DNA from: Candidatus Poribacteria bacterium
GTDB lineage: Bacteria > Poribacteria > WGA-4E > PCPOR2b
Direction: 5' to 3'
Assembly: GCA_965198175.1 (NCBI GenBank)
Contig: OZ240245.1
Span: 1,184,001 to 1,248,000, forward strand
Length of the DNA: 64,000 nucleotides
The position numbers were made by a program, and so were the translations under genes. Below the pieces are notes generated by a model, which was not told where the DNA came from, did not search any database, and was given only the letters and a program-made list of their open reading frames with translations. How positions within the stretch are numbered: position 1 is the first letter of the stretch; every line of letters begins with the position of its first letter. This document shows, in pieces, positions 20,833 through 31,860 of the stretch.

Positions 20833-21786
20833 ATGTCCAATTTAATTCAGAGCGTCTTTGAAAAGATGAAACGGGAAGCCCAAAAAGTCATCGTTGGGCA
20901 AGAGGAGTTGTTTGAGCTGGTAGTGGTCAGTTTCCTATCCGGTGGACATGTTCTACTAGAAGGCGTCCCCGGCACTGCAAAAACGCTCATTGCGAAAACA
21001 TTGGCGATGGTAGTGTCCGGCGAATTTAGTCGCGTCCAATTCACGCCCGATCTAATGCCGTCCGATATTGTTGGAACTAGCGTTTACGATTTAGCGACGC
21101 ATCAATTCAACCTCAAGCAGGGACCGGTTTTCACCAACGTGTTGCTGGCGGATGAAATCAACCGTGCCCCGGCAAAGACACAATCGGCACTCCTCGAATG
21201 TATGGAGGAGCGGCAGGTCAGCATTGACGGCGTCCGCTACGAGCTATCCACACCCTTTATGGTATTGGCGACACAGAACCCTGTGGAATACGAAGGCACC
21301 TATCCGCTCCCCGAAGCCCAACTAGATCGGTTTCTGGTCAAACTTCGCGTCGATTATCCGGGACGAGAGATGGAGCAACAGGTATTGATCAATTATCACA
21401 ACGGCTTTAGAGCCTCTCAACTCGCGGAGGCCGGCGTTGAAGGGGTCATTGATAAGGATTTACTCCAAGAATGCCAAACAACGATTCAGGCGGTAACGGT
21501 TGAAGAATCTATTTTCGATTATATTGTCCGTTTAGCCGAAGCATCGCGCAGTTCCAATGACCTCATTTTGGGGGGCAGTCCGCGCGCATCGATTTCGCTG
21601 TTGTTGGGGAGCAAAACTTACGCGGCGATGCAAGGGCGGGATTACATCTTGCCGGATGATGTCAAGTGGTTAGCCCCACACGTTTATCGCCATCGGATTA
21701 TTTTGAAACCGGAATCGGAAATTGAAGGGCTATCTGCAGACGATGTGATTGACAGACTGCTCGCTGAGTTGGAAATACCGCGTTAA
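20833..21786 (+). CDS. moxR: MoxR family AAA+ ATPase
   Basis: [62 protein letters not shown]. Confidence 0.95.
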   Translation: MSNLIQSVFEKMKREAQKVIVGQEELFELVVVSFLSGGHVLLEGVPGTAKTLIAKTLAMVVSGEFSRVQFTPDLMPSDIVGTSVYDLATHQFNLKQGPVFTNVLLADEINRAPAKTQSALLECMEERQVSIDGVRYELSTPFMVLATQNPVEYEGTYPLPEAQLDRFLVKLRVDYPGREMEQQVLINYHNGFRASQLAEAGVEGVIDKDLLQECQTTIQAVTVEESIFDYIVRLAEASRSSNDLILGGSPRASISLLLGSKTYAAMQGRDYILPDDVKWLAPHVYRHRIILKPESEIEGLSADDVIDRLLAELEIPR

Positions 21787-21834
21787 TCTGAGTCTCTAGA
21801 GTTCGATTCGTGATTTAGACAGGAGGGAGGTCAC

Positions 21835-23208
21835 GTGATGCGATTGAGTAGAAGACTACTCATCTTCCTACTACCGTCAGCGATCCCTATCATGCTTTTC
21901 AAGGTCTCCCCCAGTCTGTTGTTCGTTGATGCCGCCTATCTGCTGCTACTGTTGGTCATCTGCGTCGTCGATTACCTGAAAACACCGTTATTTACGAGGG
22001 TTGAGGTGAGCCGCGAGATGAACTCCAAGTTTTCGTTGGGGGCGGAAAACGCCGTGACGCTGCGCGTGGTCAACCGTTCTCGTTATCGGTTACAGTTGCG
22101 GCTGAAGGACGATTTTCCTCCAACCTTCCAGTTCGCTCGCGTCATCCACGAGGTTTACGTCGGCGCTGCGACCCAAGAGCTTATAACTTACCAACTCACG
22201 CCATTGCGCCGAGGCGTTTACCATTTTACGGACATCCACGTACAGTGTTCGGGAATTTTAGGGCTGATTATCCGCCAACGTCAGGTCGCGGCGGCGGCGG
22301 AAGTGAAGGTCTATCCTAATCTGCACGCAATCCGACAGTACGAGTTATTGGTCAGGCGCGGGATGCTCAGCCAACTTGGCCTGAAAAACTCGCGGCAATT
22401 TGGCGAGGGAACGGAATTTGAGCGGCTGCGCGATTACGCCCCTGATGATGACCTCCGCCGCATTGACTGGAAGGCGACTTCGAGACGCCAAAAACCGATT
22501 GTGCGCGAATTTGAGACGGAACGGAGTCAAGACGTGGTGATTATGTTGGACGCTGGTCGATTGATGGCATCACCCATTTTGGCGGAACCGCAAGAAGACG
22601 AGACAGAAGGCGCGTCCAGCGCAGAGCCAAGCCAGCAACAAGCGATGATTAAACTCGATTATGCCATCAACACCATCCTTATGACAAGCTACGTCTCAAC
22701 ACTCAAGGGGGACAAAGTGGGATTAATCGCTTTTTCAGACACCGTTCATCGATACCTAGACCCCAAACCAGGAAAAAAGCAGTTCCTCGCCATGCTAGAA
22801 GCCACCTACGCCTTACAGGTTTATCCGGTCGAACCGGATTTCGAGACTGCCTTCAAATACCTGGCATCAAAACAGCGCAAACGGGCTTTGATAATTCTTT
22901 TTACCGACATCTTGGATAAGGACGCGGCAGAAGGGCTTGCCCGCTATGTGGCGAAGCTCGCCAGACACCACCTCATCGCTTGCGTAACTTTGACAGACTC
23001 CAGCATCGTAGCACTCGCCACGCAAAAATTGACGAATTCCAAAATCGTCTACCAAAAGGCGATTGCCGAGAAGTTATTGCAGGAGAAACAGGCGACCTTG
23101 CAAATACTTCGCAGAGGTGGTATCATCGCGCTTGATGTTCCCGCACATCAGTTGACGATGACGGTCGTGAATAAATACTTGGAACTCAAGGCGAAGTCTA
23201 GGATTTAG
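21835..23208 (+). CDS. DUF58 domain protein (vWA-like MoxR partner)
   Basis: GTEFERLRDYAPDDDLRRIDWKATSR...VREFETERSQDV. Confidence 0.92.
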   Translation: MMRLSRRLLIFLLPSAIPIMLFKVSPSLLFVDAAYLLLLLVICVVDYLKTPLFTRVEVSREMNSKFSLGAENAVTLRVVNRSRYRLQLRLKDDFPPTFQFARVIHEVYVGAATQELITYQLTPLRRGVYHFTDIHVQCSGILGLIIRQRQVAAAAEVKVYPNLHAIRQYELLVRRGMLSQLGLKNSRQFGEGTEFERLRDYAPDDDLRRIDWKATSRRQKPIVREFETERSQDVVIMLDAGRLMASPILAEPQEDETEGASSAEPSQQQAMIKLDYAINTILMTSYVSTLKGDKVGLIAFSDTVHRYLDPKPGKKQFLAMLEATYALQVYPVEPDFETAFKYLASKQRKRALIILFTDILDKDAAEGLARYVAKLARHHLIACVTLTDSSIVALATQKLTNSKIVYQKAIAEKLLQEKQATLQILRRGGIIALDVPAHQLTMTVVNKYLELKAKSRI

Positions 23209-23515
23209 TACATGCCAGCAGGGCGTTCTTTACCATCGGGACTTACGCAGGGGAACTGATGATTCGATCGCAGTCCAACGCTACGCCTCCAATCCACGGG
23301 CGGATTGGACGACGGACAATACCTCCTGAACCCTATCCCGCAGATATGCCGCTCATCCCGAAGAGCTCAGTTTAGACTCTAACTGCTGTCCCGGTATTGA
23401 TGTAGCAGCTATTCCGACAAAGGAGAAGTAAGTGTTTTGAGAGACTATCGATCCATTTGTTCCTGAACAGAGGGCGACACTCTACGTTCCAAAAAACAGG
23501 GGACTGAATGAATAT

Positions 23516-24364
23516 GTGAATAATCTTCTCAGAGTAATCGGTGTCCGAGATGCGGGCGAGTTCGATCGGACAGATCAGACCAAGGGAATGCTCGACATTG
23601 TGTCAGCTCGCGGAGAAGATGTGCCCCAACGTGTTGATGATTGCATCCAACGGGGAGAAGTTGCCTATGGCCTCACTGGAGACGGTCTGTTTGATGAATA
23701 CATGTTGGGCGCTAATAATTCCCTACTTGGAGTTCTAAATACCTATGATTGGTTCGATCCCAGCGCTCAGTTCAACCGACCTGCGCTGTGTCTGTTGAAT
23801 CGAGAAGGGTTGATTCCGGACTCTTCGGCGCCTGTGTCCATTGCCGTGAACAAGAAGTATGAACGGTCATCTTGCCAGTTCCTGTCGCAAAGACTGCAAT
23901 CAAGAGGGATTCGATTCAGTGTCGTTGCCTATTATGCTGGTGACATTGAGAACACTGTGGTGGAAGGCACTCACGACTGGTGTGTTGAGGTCGTATATCG
24001 TGGAGATAAATCACCCGATAGTGCAATATCTAGAACAGGTCTGAAAGTCGCCGAAGTTGTGCGGTTTAGCGACATCTCGTTGATTGGACGGAATATCGTC
24101 AATCCGTGGGAGGAGGAGTATCGCAGAATTGCTGCAGTTGCTAAAAATCCAACTGGTTCGTCTACTTCAAAGCTTTTAGAGGACAGAAACGAGATTTGTA
24201 AGAAAGTAGGCGAGGAATTCGCCGAGTTTGTGAGAGCATTTACCCAAGAGACGGGAATCCCGGAAGAACTAAACGATGTTGTGTATGCCTTGATGGTCGC
24301 AGCGTCGAAACTGCAAGTTCCCTGGGCGGAAATTGAGGCGGACCTGAAATCTAGGTGGAAATAG
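23516..24364 (+). CDS. ATP phosphoribosyltransferase (HisG)-like domain fused to phosphoribosyl-ATP pyrophosphohydrolase (HisE)-like domain; 5' end possibly disrupted
   Basis: RGEDVPQ.V...YGLTGD resembles HisG; GSSTSKLL...KKVGEEFAEF...EELNDVVY...LKSRW resembles HisE. Confidence 0.6.
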   Translation: MNNLLRVIGVRDAGEFDRTDQTKGMLDIVSARGEDVPQRVDDCIQRGEVAYGLTGDGLFDEYMLGANNSLLGVLNTYDWFDPSAQFNRPALCLLNREGLIPDSSAPVSIAVNKKYERSSCQFLSQRLQSRGIRFSVVAYYAGDIENTVVEGTHDWCVEVVYRGDKSPDSAISRTGLKVAEVVRFSDISLIGRNIVNPWEEEYRRIAAVAKNPTGSSTSKLLEDRNEICKKVGEEFAEFVRAFTQETGIPEELNDVVYALMVAASKLQVPWAEIEADLKSRWK

Positions 24365-24506
24365 CCCGCTTGTCTGTGGATCGATGCGGCAACAAACAGT
24401 GCAGTTTATTCGTACTTTGCCTGTTGGCAACTTCTCGACGAGGTCGGAATTTCAGATGGCGAAAACGATGGCTGTAATGTAAACGTCCAACATTCTGAGT
24501 TAATAC

Positions 24507-25433
24507 ATGAGCAATCGTTTCAACTTGGTTATCGACGGTACGATGAAATGCGCCGATGATGTGCGCGCTGTCCTGGTAAAGATGGGGCTTGATACCTCTC
24601 ATCTAGGAACGATCGAGCCGATTCAGGAAAGACATGGTAATCGCCTATTCCGAATTACTCTTGAAGGTTCTTCCTACGTACTGAAGGTATTTGGGAATCC
24701 GGAGCCCTCAAGGGAGGTCGGGGCGTATGCCCTCCTGAGAAATCTTGGTGTTCCTACCCTCCGTACCATTGCGGCAACGAATGATGCGCTTCTTCTTGAA
24801 GATCTTGAAGTCAGTAGAGAATTCCGGCTTGCGCATGTAAACGATGTCGGAAAGCCTGAAGTTGGCGTCGCTCTAGCATTCTGGTATCGGATCCTTCACG
24901 ATGTGGGCTCAAGATTGCGGATGGGCCAGCCTGAGACTTCATTCTTACGGCGTGAAATTGACGAATTGACTCCTGCGTCAATCGTAGATGTTGCCACAAA
25001 GGTCGGTGGCTCGGGTCAGTCCAAGTGGATTACTCTTGCGGACAAGATTGACAGAATTAAAAACGCCGCGATGGCTTCTGCTGAGACGTTAACATACAAT
25101 GACTTTCATTGGACCAATTTGTCATTATCCCGGAAAGAGAAGCCCATCAGAGCAGTTGTGTTTGACTATCATCTTCTGGGCTTGGGATTGCGGTATTCGG
25201 ACTACAGAAACGTGATAGGCTCTCTTGGGCCAAATGCTGCGGTCGCATTCCGTTCTGAATATGGTGAGACCGATCCCAGGGAGAAAATCTTGGACGACTT
25301 GATGGCCCCTTTGTATACTCTTGTCATGGCCTTCCGGCGGTCCAAGTTCCCTTCTTGGGCGGAGCCACATCTAAAACTTGCAAAAACAGGGAAAATTCAC
25401 AACAGGTTTGAACAGGCTATGGAAATTCTGTAG
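24507..25433 (+). CDS. Aminoglycoside phosphotransferase/choline kinase-like protein
   Basis: YVLKVF, LLLEDL, TYNDFHWTN, VVFDY. Confidence 0.7.
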   Translation: MSNRFNLVIDGTMKCADDVRAVLVKMGLDTSHLGTIEPIQERHGNRLFRITLEGSSYVLKVFGNPEPSREVGAYALLRNLGVPTLRTIAATNDALLLEDLEVSREFRLAHVNDVGKPEVGVALAFWYRILHDVGSRLRMGQPETSFLRREIDELTPASIVDVATKVGGSGQSKWITLADKIDRIKNAAMASAETLTYNDFHWTNLSLSRKEKPIRAVVFDYHLLGLGLRYSDYRNVIGSLGPNAAVAFRSEYGETDPREKILDDLMAPLYTLVMAFRRSKFPSWAEPHLKLAKTGKIHNRFEQAMEIL

Positions 25434-25512
25434 GGGAAGCTTCGAGATTGGGTGTTCTGAACAAGCTATGTACAACGACTATCTTTAAAGGTAGTCAATC
25501 AAAAGGGGAAAT

Positions 25513-25884
25513 ATGAAATTAGGTGCATTCTCAGTAAGTCTGAATGTCAAAGACATCGAGACTTCAAAATCATTCTATGAGAACCTCGGATTTCAGGTTT
25601 TTGGTGGCGATGTATCCCAGAATTGGCTCATTATGAAAAATGGTAGTTGCACAATTGGATTGTTTCAAGGAATGTTCGATAAGAACATTCTGACTTTCAA
25701 TCCAGGCTGGGATGAAAATGCCACCAAACTTGATTCATTTACTGACGTAAGGGAACTCCAACGGCAGCTTAAGACAAAAGGTATCAAAATAGAGACTGAA
25801 GCGGATGAGGAGACTTCAGGCCCGGCAAGTTTTGTTGTAGTCGATCCGGACGGCAATCCCATTCTTGTCGATCAACACGTATAG
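25513..25884 (+). CDS. VOC/glyoxalase family protein
   Basis: [19 protein letters not shown]...[12 protein letters not shown]. Confidence 0.9.
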   Translation: MKLGAFSVSLNVKDIETSKSFYENLGFQVFGGDVSQNWLIMKNGSCTIGLFQGMFDKNILTFNPGWDENATKLDSFTDVRELQRQLKTKGIKIETEADEETSGPASFVVVDPDGNPILVDQHV

Positions 25885-26509
25885 GATTTTGATACAACCG
25901 TGCGGACAACGGTATATAACGGCGAAGACCAGGTTTCGCGTCGTCCACTAAAATTGTCTTTGATGGCAAGCTCTCGACACCAACTTCAGGTATTCGCGGA
26001 ACGTTAAATACAAGTAAAAGGGGTGAGAGCGAGCTTGGAAAACGACTTGGGTTTCAGATGGATGGCGTTGATCTTTCGCTAGGTATGTTGGATGGGGCAA
26101 CCGTCGAATATCGCAACTTTCTGCGGAGATCCAGGCGTTAATCCGATCACACCGCCTCGATATGGTGAAATTTTGTTTCAATCAGGAAATCGGGCTGGTA
26201 ATTCTGGCGGTCAATTCATTTCGCGAACTGAAAACGCCACCGGAACAGAATTCTTGTCTCCGATGCGTCCACAAGTATTTGCGTTCTGGTGTTTTGTTTC
26301 TTTTAACAGAACACCGATTTGATCGCGACAGATTCGCCCCACGCGATTATGTCCCCTGGTCAAGCCCAATTACGCACCCAGTAACAAACGACGTGGTTCA
26401 ACTAATAGCCGTAGCAGGTCTCTCGGAGGATGGCAAGAGAATTAAGGGATTCATGGTGTAATGAACTCAGCACGATTGAAAGCGCTTTAGATATCAGGAG
26501 GACCGAATC

Positions 26510-27508
26510 TTGAAACTCAAGAAGCAAACAATTACTACACTGGCAGAAATGATCTGCGGTGCATCTGGCCGAGCTGGATTTTTGCGGGGAAACTTTCCCT
26601 ACAGGACGGGCACTGGTCTCACCGAATTCTTCGAAGCCTGTGAATTGGAATTTGTACACGATGGATCGACTAGGAGGTATTGGGTTATGGAGTGCCTCAA
26701 TGAATTGAACGAATTGCCAGCACCCCAGCCACAGCTTCCCTCGCCAGAGATAACTAGAGTCATCAAAGAGCTACTAGACTATGCAGAACTCAAGGAGAAC
26801 GGGAAGGATCCAGATAGCGCACTGGAGGATGTCAATCTCGCACTTGGGCGTGATGGCTTAAGTGCATCCTACGATGACGCAAAGAAATGCGATATCCGAA
26901 ATACAGGAACCCAAATTACCTCGGCACGGAACCCGTTAGAGATGAGGTTGACGCCTAAGGAAATCGAGCGGCGTGCTGAACTCTATCGACACCTTAATGA
27001 AATGAGCGAGGGCCAGATTATTGAGGAGTTTCTGCAGCCACTATTCGCACAGTTGGGTTTTTCTCGAATTTCGATAAGTGGTCACACCGATAAAGCTCTG
27101 GAGTTTGGAAACGACTTCTGGATGAAGTTTCAGCTACCAACTACTCATTACTTGTATTTTTCTGCACAGGTTAAGAAGGGCAAATTGGATTCTACCGCGA
27201 GGAGCCGAAATACCAATATCTCAGAAGTCTTTAATCAGATTCGCATGGTCTTGGATTATCCCATCTGGGATCCAGAAATCAACAAGCGTGTCTTGGTCGA
27301 TCATGTGTTCATTATTGCAGCGGGCGGGATAACGAAGCAAGCAAAGGCCTGGCTGGAGCAAAAACTTGACCGAGAAAGCCTTCGCCGGGTGATCTTCTTT
27401 AATGTAGATGACATGCTCAACCTCGCGGTCGGGATGAAATTCGTCTTCCATCAAGAGAAAGCAGATCAGGGTGAAGAAGTTGAAGATTCCGATGATATTC
27501 CTTTCTAA
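26510..27508 (+). CDS. Putative PD-(D/E)xK (Mrr-like) restriction endonuclease-fold protein
   Basis: C-terminal LFAQLGF...EFGND...AQVKKG nuclease-like motif; N-terminal FPYR...EFF..C...HDGSTR domain; SD AGGAGG before TTG start. Confidence 0.55.
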   Translation: MKLKKQTITTLAEMICGASGRAGFLRGNFPYRTGTGLTEFFEACELEFVHDGSTRRYWVMECLNELNELPAPQPQLPSPEITRVIKELLDYAELKENGKDPDSALEDVNLALGRDGLSASYDDAKKCDIRNTGTQITSARNPLEMRLTPKEIERRAELYRHLNEMSEGQIIEEFLQPLFAQLGFSRISISGHTDKALEFGNDFWMKFQLPTTHYLYFSAQVKKGKLDSTARSRNTNISEVFNQIRMVLDYPIWDPEINKRVLVDHVFIIAAGGITKQAKAWLEQKLDRESLRRVIFFNVDDMLNLAVGMKFVFHQEKADQGEEVEDSDDIPF

Positions 27509-27723
27509 AGTCGACAGTTTATTCATGTAGACGGGACACTGCTCTTCGGCTCTCTAGAGAAAAGTATTAACTTTACCCACGTGGCTTCGACCGTTTTAGA
27601 CTTTGGATATCTACAGACGAAGTACATGGTAATGAAACTGCATCCGAAACTGTGTTGTAAAGAAGGATGATTAACTACATAGGTAAATGCCAGGGGAATC
27701 TCTAGTTGTACGATACATAAGCC

Positions 27724-28281
27724 GTGATAACAGAACCGGATGTCACGATACGTCCATTGCAGCTTAGCGATGCGGAAGCGGTCCAACGCTACGCCGCGGA
27801 TGAGCGCGTAGCCCGAACGACTACGATACCCAATCCCTATCCCGCGGATGGGGGTGAGACGTTTGTCAAGGAGGCAGTTGAAGCGCACGCAAATGGAGAG
27901 GCGTTCTACTTTGCCATCCTTGCTGATGGTGAACTGATTGGCGTGGTCGGTCTTAGAGCGGTCGATCGTGAAGAACGTAGTGTCCGATGTGGCTATGCAA
28001 TTGCTGCGTCCCACTGGGGCAAGGGAATCACTACCAGAGCCATGGCGCTTGCGCTCCGTTACGCATTTTGTGAACTCGGAATGGATATCGTTCGGGCGAG
28101 CTGCTTGAGGCGAAATCCCGCATCAGCGCGTGTGCTCAAAAAGAACGGGTTTCAAGAAACCGGTGAATTTGCCTCTAATATTTCCAAATTCGAGAACGAA
28201 CCATCCCTCGCATTTCAACTGACAAAGCAGGAGTGGCTTGCCAATCATCCTACGGCGTGCAGTGGAGATGATATCTGTTGA
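27724..28281 (+). CDS. GNAT N-acetyltransferase (RimJ/RimL type)
   Basis: GYAIAASHWGKGITT, NPASARVLKKNGF. Confidence 0.88.
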   Translation: MITEPDVTIRPLQLSDAEAVQRYAADERVARTTTIPNPYPADGGETFVKEAVEAHANGEAFYFAILADGELIGVVGLRAVDREERSVRCGYAIAASHWGKGITTRAMALALRYAFCELGMDIVRASCLRRNPASARVLKKNGFQETGEFASNISKFENEPSLAFQLTKQEWLANHPTACSGDDIC

Positions 28282-28429
28282 TTGAAGCAACGACCACAGC
28301 GACAATTGCTGCTACACCGCATTCGCGCGTCAATCCTTCAGGCAATCTAATTCACCAGATTGGTAATTTGAAATATTGGAACAATAAAATCAAAACCACA
28401 ATGCCACCACTCGAAACGAATTTGACCCT

Positions 28430-28927
28430 ATGCAAAGCCAATTGAACTTGCCCCAAATCCAACCCTTGGAAGAGAAACATCATCCTGGAATTCTCGCAGT
28501 TGCAGAGAACCTACCTGAATGGTTTGACGAGACTGCGAGAACCAAATCAATCCCCATTGACATACGACATCAGGATGGATTTGTCGCAGTTTTTGGACAA
28601 AGGGTCGTGGGATTCTTGACACTATACGTGGCAGAGGGTCGGCTTCACATCGGGTGGCTTGGTGTCGCTAGGGAATTTCATGAGCAGGGCATTGGCACTA
28701 GGCTTCTTGCAGCCGCGGAAATAAAGGCGCGAGATTTGAGAATAGATGAACTGGCAACGTATACCCTCGGAGACAGTGTAGATTACGAACCCTATGATAG
28801 AACGAGAAACTTCTATTGGAAGCACGGATTCAACGTATACAAGCGAGCTAAAACAGATAATCCGGGCTGTGAGGAAGAAATCTGGATTTCAAAGCGTGTA
28901 AAACAGGTGGAAATTCGGGACGCCTGA
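28430..28927 (+). CDS. GNAT N-acetyltransferase
   Basis: LGVAREFHEQGIGTRLL, TRNFYWKHGF. Confidence 0.85.
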   Translation: MQSQLNLPQIQPLEEKHHPGILAVAENLPEWFDETARTKSIPIDIRHQDGFVAVFGQRVVGFLTLYVAEGRLHIGWLGVAREFHEQGIGTRLLAAAEIKARDLRIDELATYTLGDSVDYEPYDRTRNFYWKHGFNVYKRAKTDNPGCEEEIWISKRVKQVEIRDA

Positions 28928-28955
28928 TTAAGTGCTTTCTCTACGAGGCGCAAAG

Positions 28956-29402
28956 ATGTCTGACAAATTCAAGCTGATCGCAACCGTCCATATTTTTCTA
29001 ACGAACAGCGACAATGAGATCCTGCTTTTGAGGCGATTCAACACTGGCTATGAGGATGGCAATTACAGCGTGATTGCCGGGCACATCGACGGTAACGAGG
29101 AGGTCAAGGCAGCGGCAGTCCGAGAAGCGAAGGAAGAGGCGGGAATTGAGATTCAGCCATCGGACATCGAAGTGGTCGGGGTTATGCACAGGAAGGGTGA
29201 GGATGAACGTGTGGATTTCTTTCTTGCCGCCTCCAGGTGGAACGGAAACATCGTTAACGCAGAGCTAGACAAATGTGATGATCTATCCTGGCGTTCCGTC
29301 CACGATTTACCCGCCAATATGGTGCCTTACGTTAGGCGGGCACTCGAAAACTATGGGAAGGGCAAATTTTTTGACAGTGTCGGTTGGGAAAGACAAAAAT
29401 GA
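28956..29402 (+). CDS. NUDIX hydrolase
   Basis: Nudix box GHIDGNEEVKAAAVREAKEEAGI. Confidence 0.9.
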   Translation: MSDKFKLIATVHIFLTNSDNEILLLRRFNTGYEDGNYSVIAGHIDGNEEVKAAAVREAKEEAGIEIQPSDIEVVGVMHRKGEDERVDFFLAASRWNGNIVNAELDKCDDLSWRSVHDLPANMVPYVRRALENYGKGKFFDSVGWERQK

Positions 29403-29551
29403 CGTTCAGTTAGTTGCCAGGCGGCTAACACGACCGCGCGGGTTGGCTCTTCCAAACCTTTGCCCAACTACCTACGGTAGTTTGTATACGTTGAGAACGT
29501 GGGATGACATAGATTGGAACAGATTATTTACTGTAACAGGAAGTGTAAGAC

Positions 29552-30325
29552 ATGGGCCTTAATCAAGTCGATATAGAGCGATTTCATACCGCTGGTCTTG
29601 TGACTTTGTCGCCGGATTTTCCTCGCGGGTGGCTCAAAGCTGCAAATGATGCTATCGAGGCGCTGGACGATGCCAATTTTAGCCCCGAAAGCGGGAGAGG
29701 TTTAGCCGGCTGGTATATGGCTAGCATCCTGCAACCTGAGTTACTGAGACTCGTCTACGATACATTTTTCGAAGATGTCGCCAAGAATATCTTGCGTGCC
29801 GATGCAGTCGAATTAGGACTGGTTTCTTTGCGGGTCACGAAGCCTAGACCCAACGCGCTAACAGCACTCGAACCGCAACACGTTGATTTCAAGTGTGGAA
29901 CAGCTTCTTACGAAAGCATACCCGTTGCGATGCCCTGTAGCTTTTTCGTGTGGCTGACTGATGTTCAGGCAGACAACTGCCCCCTATACTATCGCCCCGG
30001 CAGTCACTTGCAAGTGATACGGTATATGGACAGTTATCCGGACGACAATAATCATGAAATCCAGCAAGTGCCGCCCGATCTCCAGTACGCCGACCCCGTT
30101 CCAGTTTTTGCGGAAGCAGGACAGGCTTCCCTGCTGTCAGGCACGCTTGTCCACGGCGGATCGGTGACACCAGGGCATTGGGAGCGTAGACTTCTGGTGG
30201 TTGAGTTCAGTGCGAAAGGCACCGAATTCCCATTGTATCCTCAGTTAGAGAAACAGATCAGAAGACATTTACAGGCATTGAAGAATCACCTGCCATCTGA
30301 CAGACTCCATCTTCTTCCTGAATGA
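29552..30325 (+). CDS. PhyH family dioxygenase
   Basis: HVD motif, WLTDV..DNCP..RPGSH, distal VHGG. Confidence 0.8.
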   Translation: MGLNQVDIERFHTAGLVTLSPDFPRGWLKAANDAIEALDDANFSPESGRGLAGWYMASILQPELLRLVYDTFFEDVAKNILRADAVELGLVSLRVTKPRPNALTALEPQHVDFKCGTASYESIPVAMPCSFFVWLTDVQADNCPLYYRPGSHLQVIRYMDSYPDDNNHEIQQVPPDLQYADPVPVFAEAGQASLLSGTLVHGGSVTPGHWERRLLVVEFSAKGTEFPLYPQLEKQIRRHLQALKNHLPSDRLHLLPE

Positions 30326-30822
30326 GCCAAGTAGGGATATATATTCTTCCGCAGCACCGAAATTCTTACGACATCAAGATGACGATTGACAATCATAATT
30401 GTGTTTTTTGCAGAATAATCCGCGGTGAGAGGGATTCTGCAATCATACATGAGGACGATTCGACCTTGGCATTTTTGGATCCTCGCCAAAGCCACGAGGG
30501 GCACGTTTTGGTTATTCCAAAAATTCATTACGAGCAAATCTATGACCTAGACAATGACACCGCGTCGTCTCTTGCCCAAACGGTGAGGAACGTAGCCCGT
30601 GCCGTACGTCACGTTTACGAACCGGAGGGCTTGTCTATTTGGCAGTCGAATGGTACGGCTGCATTTCAGGAAGTGCCTCATGTTCATTGGCACGTGTTCC
30701 CGCGATATTTGAACGATGGCCATCTTGCGGTATATCCTATGCGTGTTGTGAACCGACCGATAGAGTTTTTAAAGGGTATTTCTGGTCCCTTGATGGAAGC
30801 ACTCAAGAATGACATCGTATAA
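30322..30822 (+). CDS. HIT family hydrolase
   Basis: CVFCRII, GHVLVIPKIH, QEVPHVHWHVFPR. Confidence 0.92.
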   Translation: MSQVGIYILPQHRNSYDIKMTIDNHNCVFCRIIRGERDSAIIHEDDSTLAFLDPRQSHEGHVLVIPKIHYEQIYDLDNDTASSLAQTVRNVARAVRHVYEPEGLSIWQSNGTAAFQEVPHVHWHVFPRYLNDGHLAVYPMRVVNRPIEFLKGISGPLMEALKNDIV

Positions 30823-30995
30823 CATCCCGGTTTGGTGCTATGTCCTTGGTGCGGATTTGTCCTTCGGACAATCACTCGACACACTCTGAATTTGCTAACC
30901 GACAACACGTTAACCAACAGTACCTTGATTCCAAGTTGAATTGGCGCTTTTTCCCTTGAAGACGATTCAAATCTCCCTACACATGGAGAATAGAT

Positions 30996-31682
30996 ATGGA
31001 GCTCGTTTCAATTCATGACGCGGCGGCAAGTGGAGATCTTGGTGCAGTAAAGAAGATTCTTGAACAGGACCCACAAGTGGTCAATCAGGATGATGAACAT
31101 GATTGGCGTCCTATATTTCATGCCGGATTACGACGCCATTATGATGTTGTTAAATATCTGATAGACTGCGGTGCCGATTTGGCAGCCCATGATGGTTATG
31201 TTATGCACTATGCTGGGGAAGTGCCAGACAATGAGGAAGTGGTATCATTGCTTGTTGCGTATGGGGGCTTAAATGCGCATACGAAACCATCAAGCGAAAC
31301 CGCGCGCCAGTTTATATACGCCGTTTTCCTAGCCAATGTGACGCGGGTAAATGCCATGCTCAGTGATAGCTCAGAGTTAGCACAAGAACGCTTCGCCCGC
31401 GGCGATACAGCTTTACACCACGCTGCTCGAAACGGCGATTTGGAAATTGTAGAACAGTTGGTTTTCTACAGTGCGGATGTCGATGCGACGTCGAATCACG
31501 GGCATTTTCCGCTCTACTGCGCAGCCGGGCATGGACATGTAGAAACCACCCGATATCTTGTAGAAAACGGCGCAGATTTACAAGCTAGACTCAACGATGG
31601 AAAAACGGTCACTGAATGGTTAAGGCAATATGCGGATCATGACCGTCGCTTGAAATCTTGTCTGGATGTATTGGAGAGATGA
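30996..31682 (+). CDS. Ankyrin repeat protein
   Basis: GDTALHHAARNGDLEIVEQLV, PLYCAAGHGHVETTRYLVENGAD. Confidence 0.9.
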   Translation: MELVSIHDAAASGDLGAVKKILEQDPQVVNQDDEHDWRPIFHAGLRRHYDVVKYLIDCGADLAAHDGYVMHYAGEVPDNEEVVSLLVAYGGLNAHTKPSSETARQFIYAVFLANVTRVNAMLSDSSELAQERFARGDTALHHAARNGDLEIVEQLVFYSADVDATSNHGHFPLYCAAGHGHVETTRYLVENGADLQARLNDGKTVTEWLRQYADHDRRLKSCLDVLER

Positions 31683-31860
31683 CGGTCTAAAATGCCGTTG
31701 CAGCCATTGGACTACAGGCAAAGAAAAAGAGAGTGAAAGAACACACTCCAATTAACACCATGTCCTTGTCTTTGGCCCGTTTGGGTCTTCGCGCAATCGC
31801 TTCTCAGGTTAGACGCGGCACAAATATTACTAGAATAGAGAGAAGCAACACTGAACTTGC

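Noticed and set aside
25885..26509. Short ORFs (26092-26322, 26162-26461) in a 620-bp gap
   Set aside because: No recognisable motif or SD; possibly gene debris but cannot be supported.
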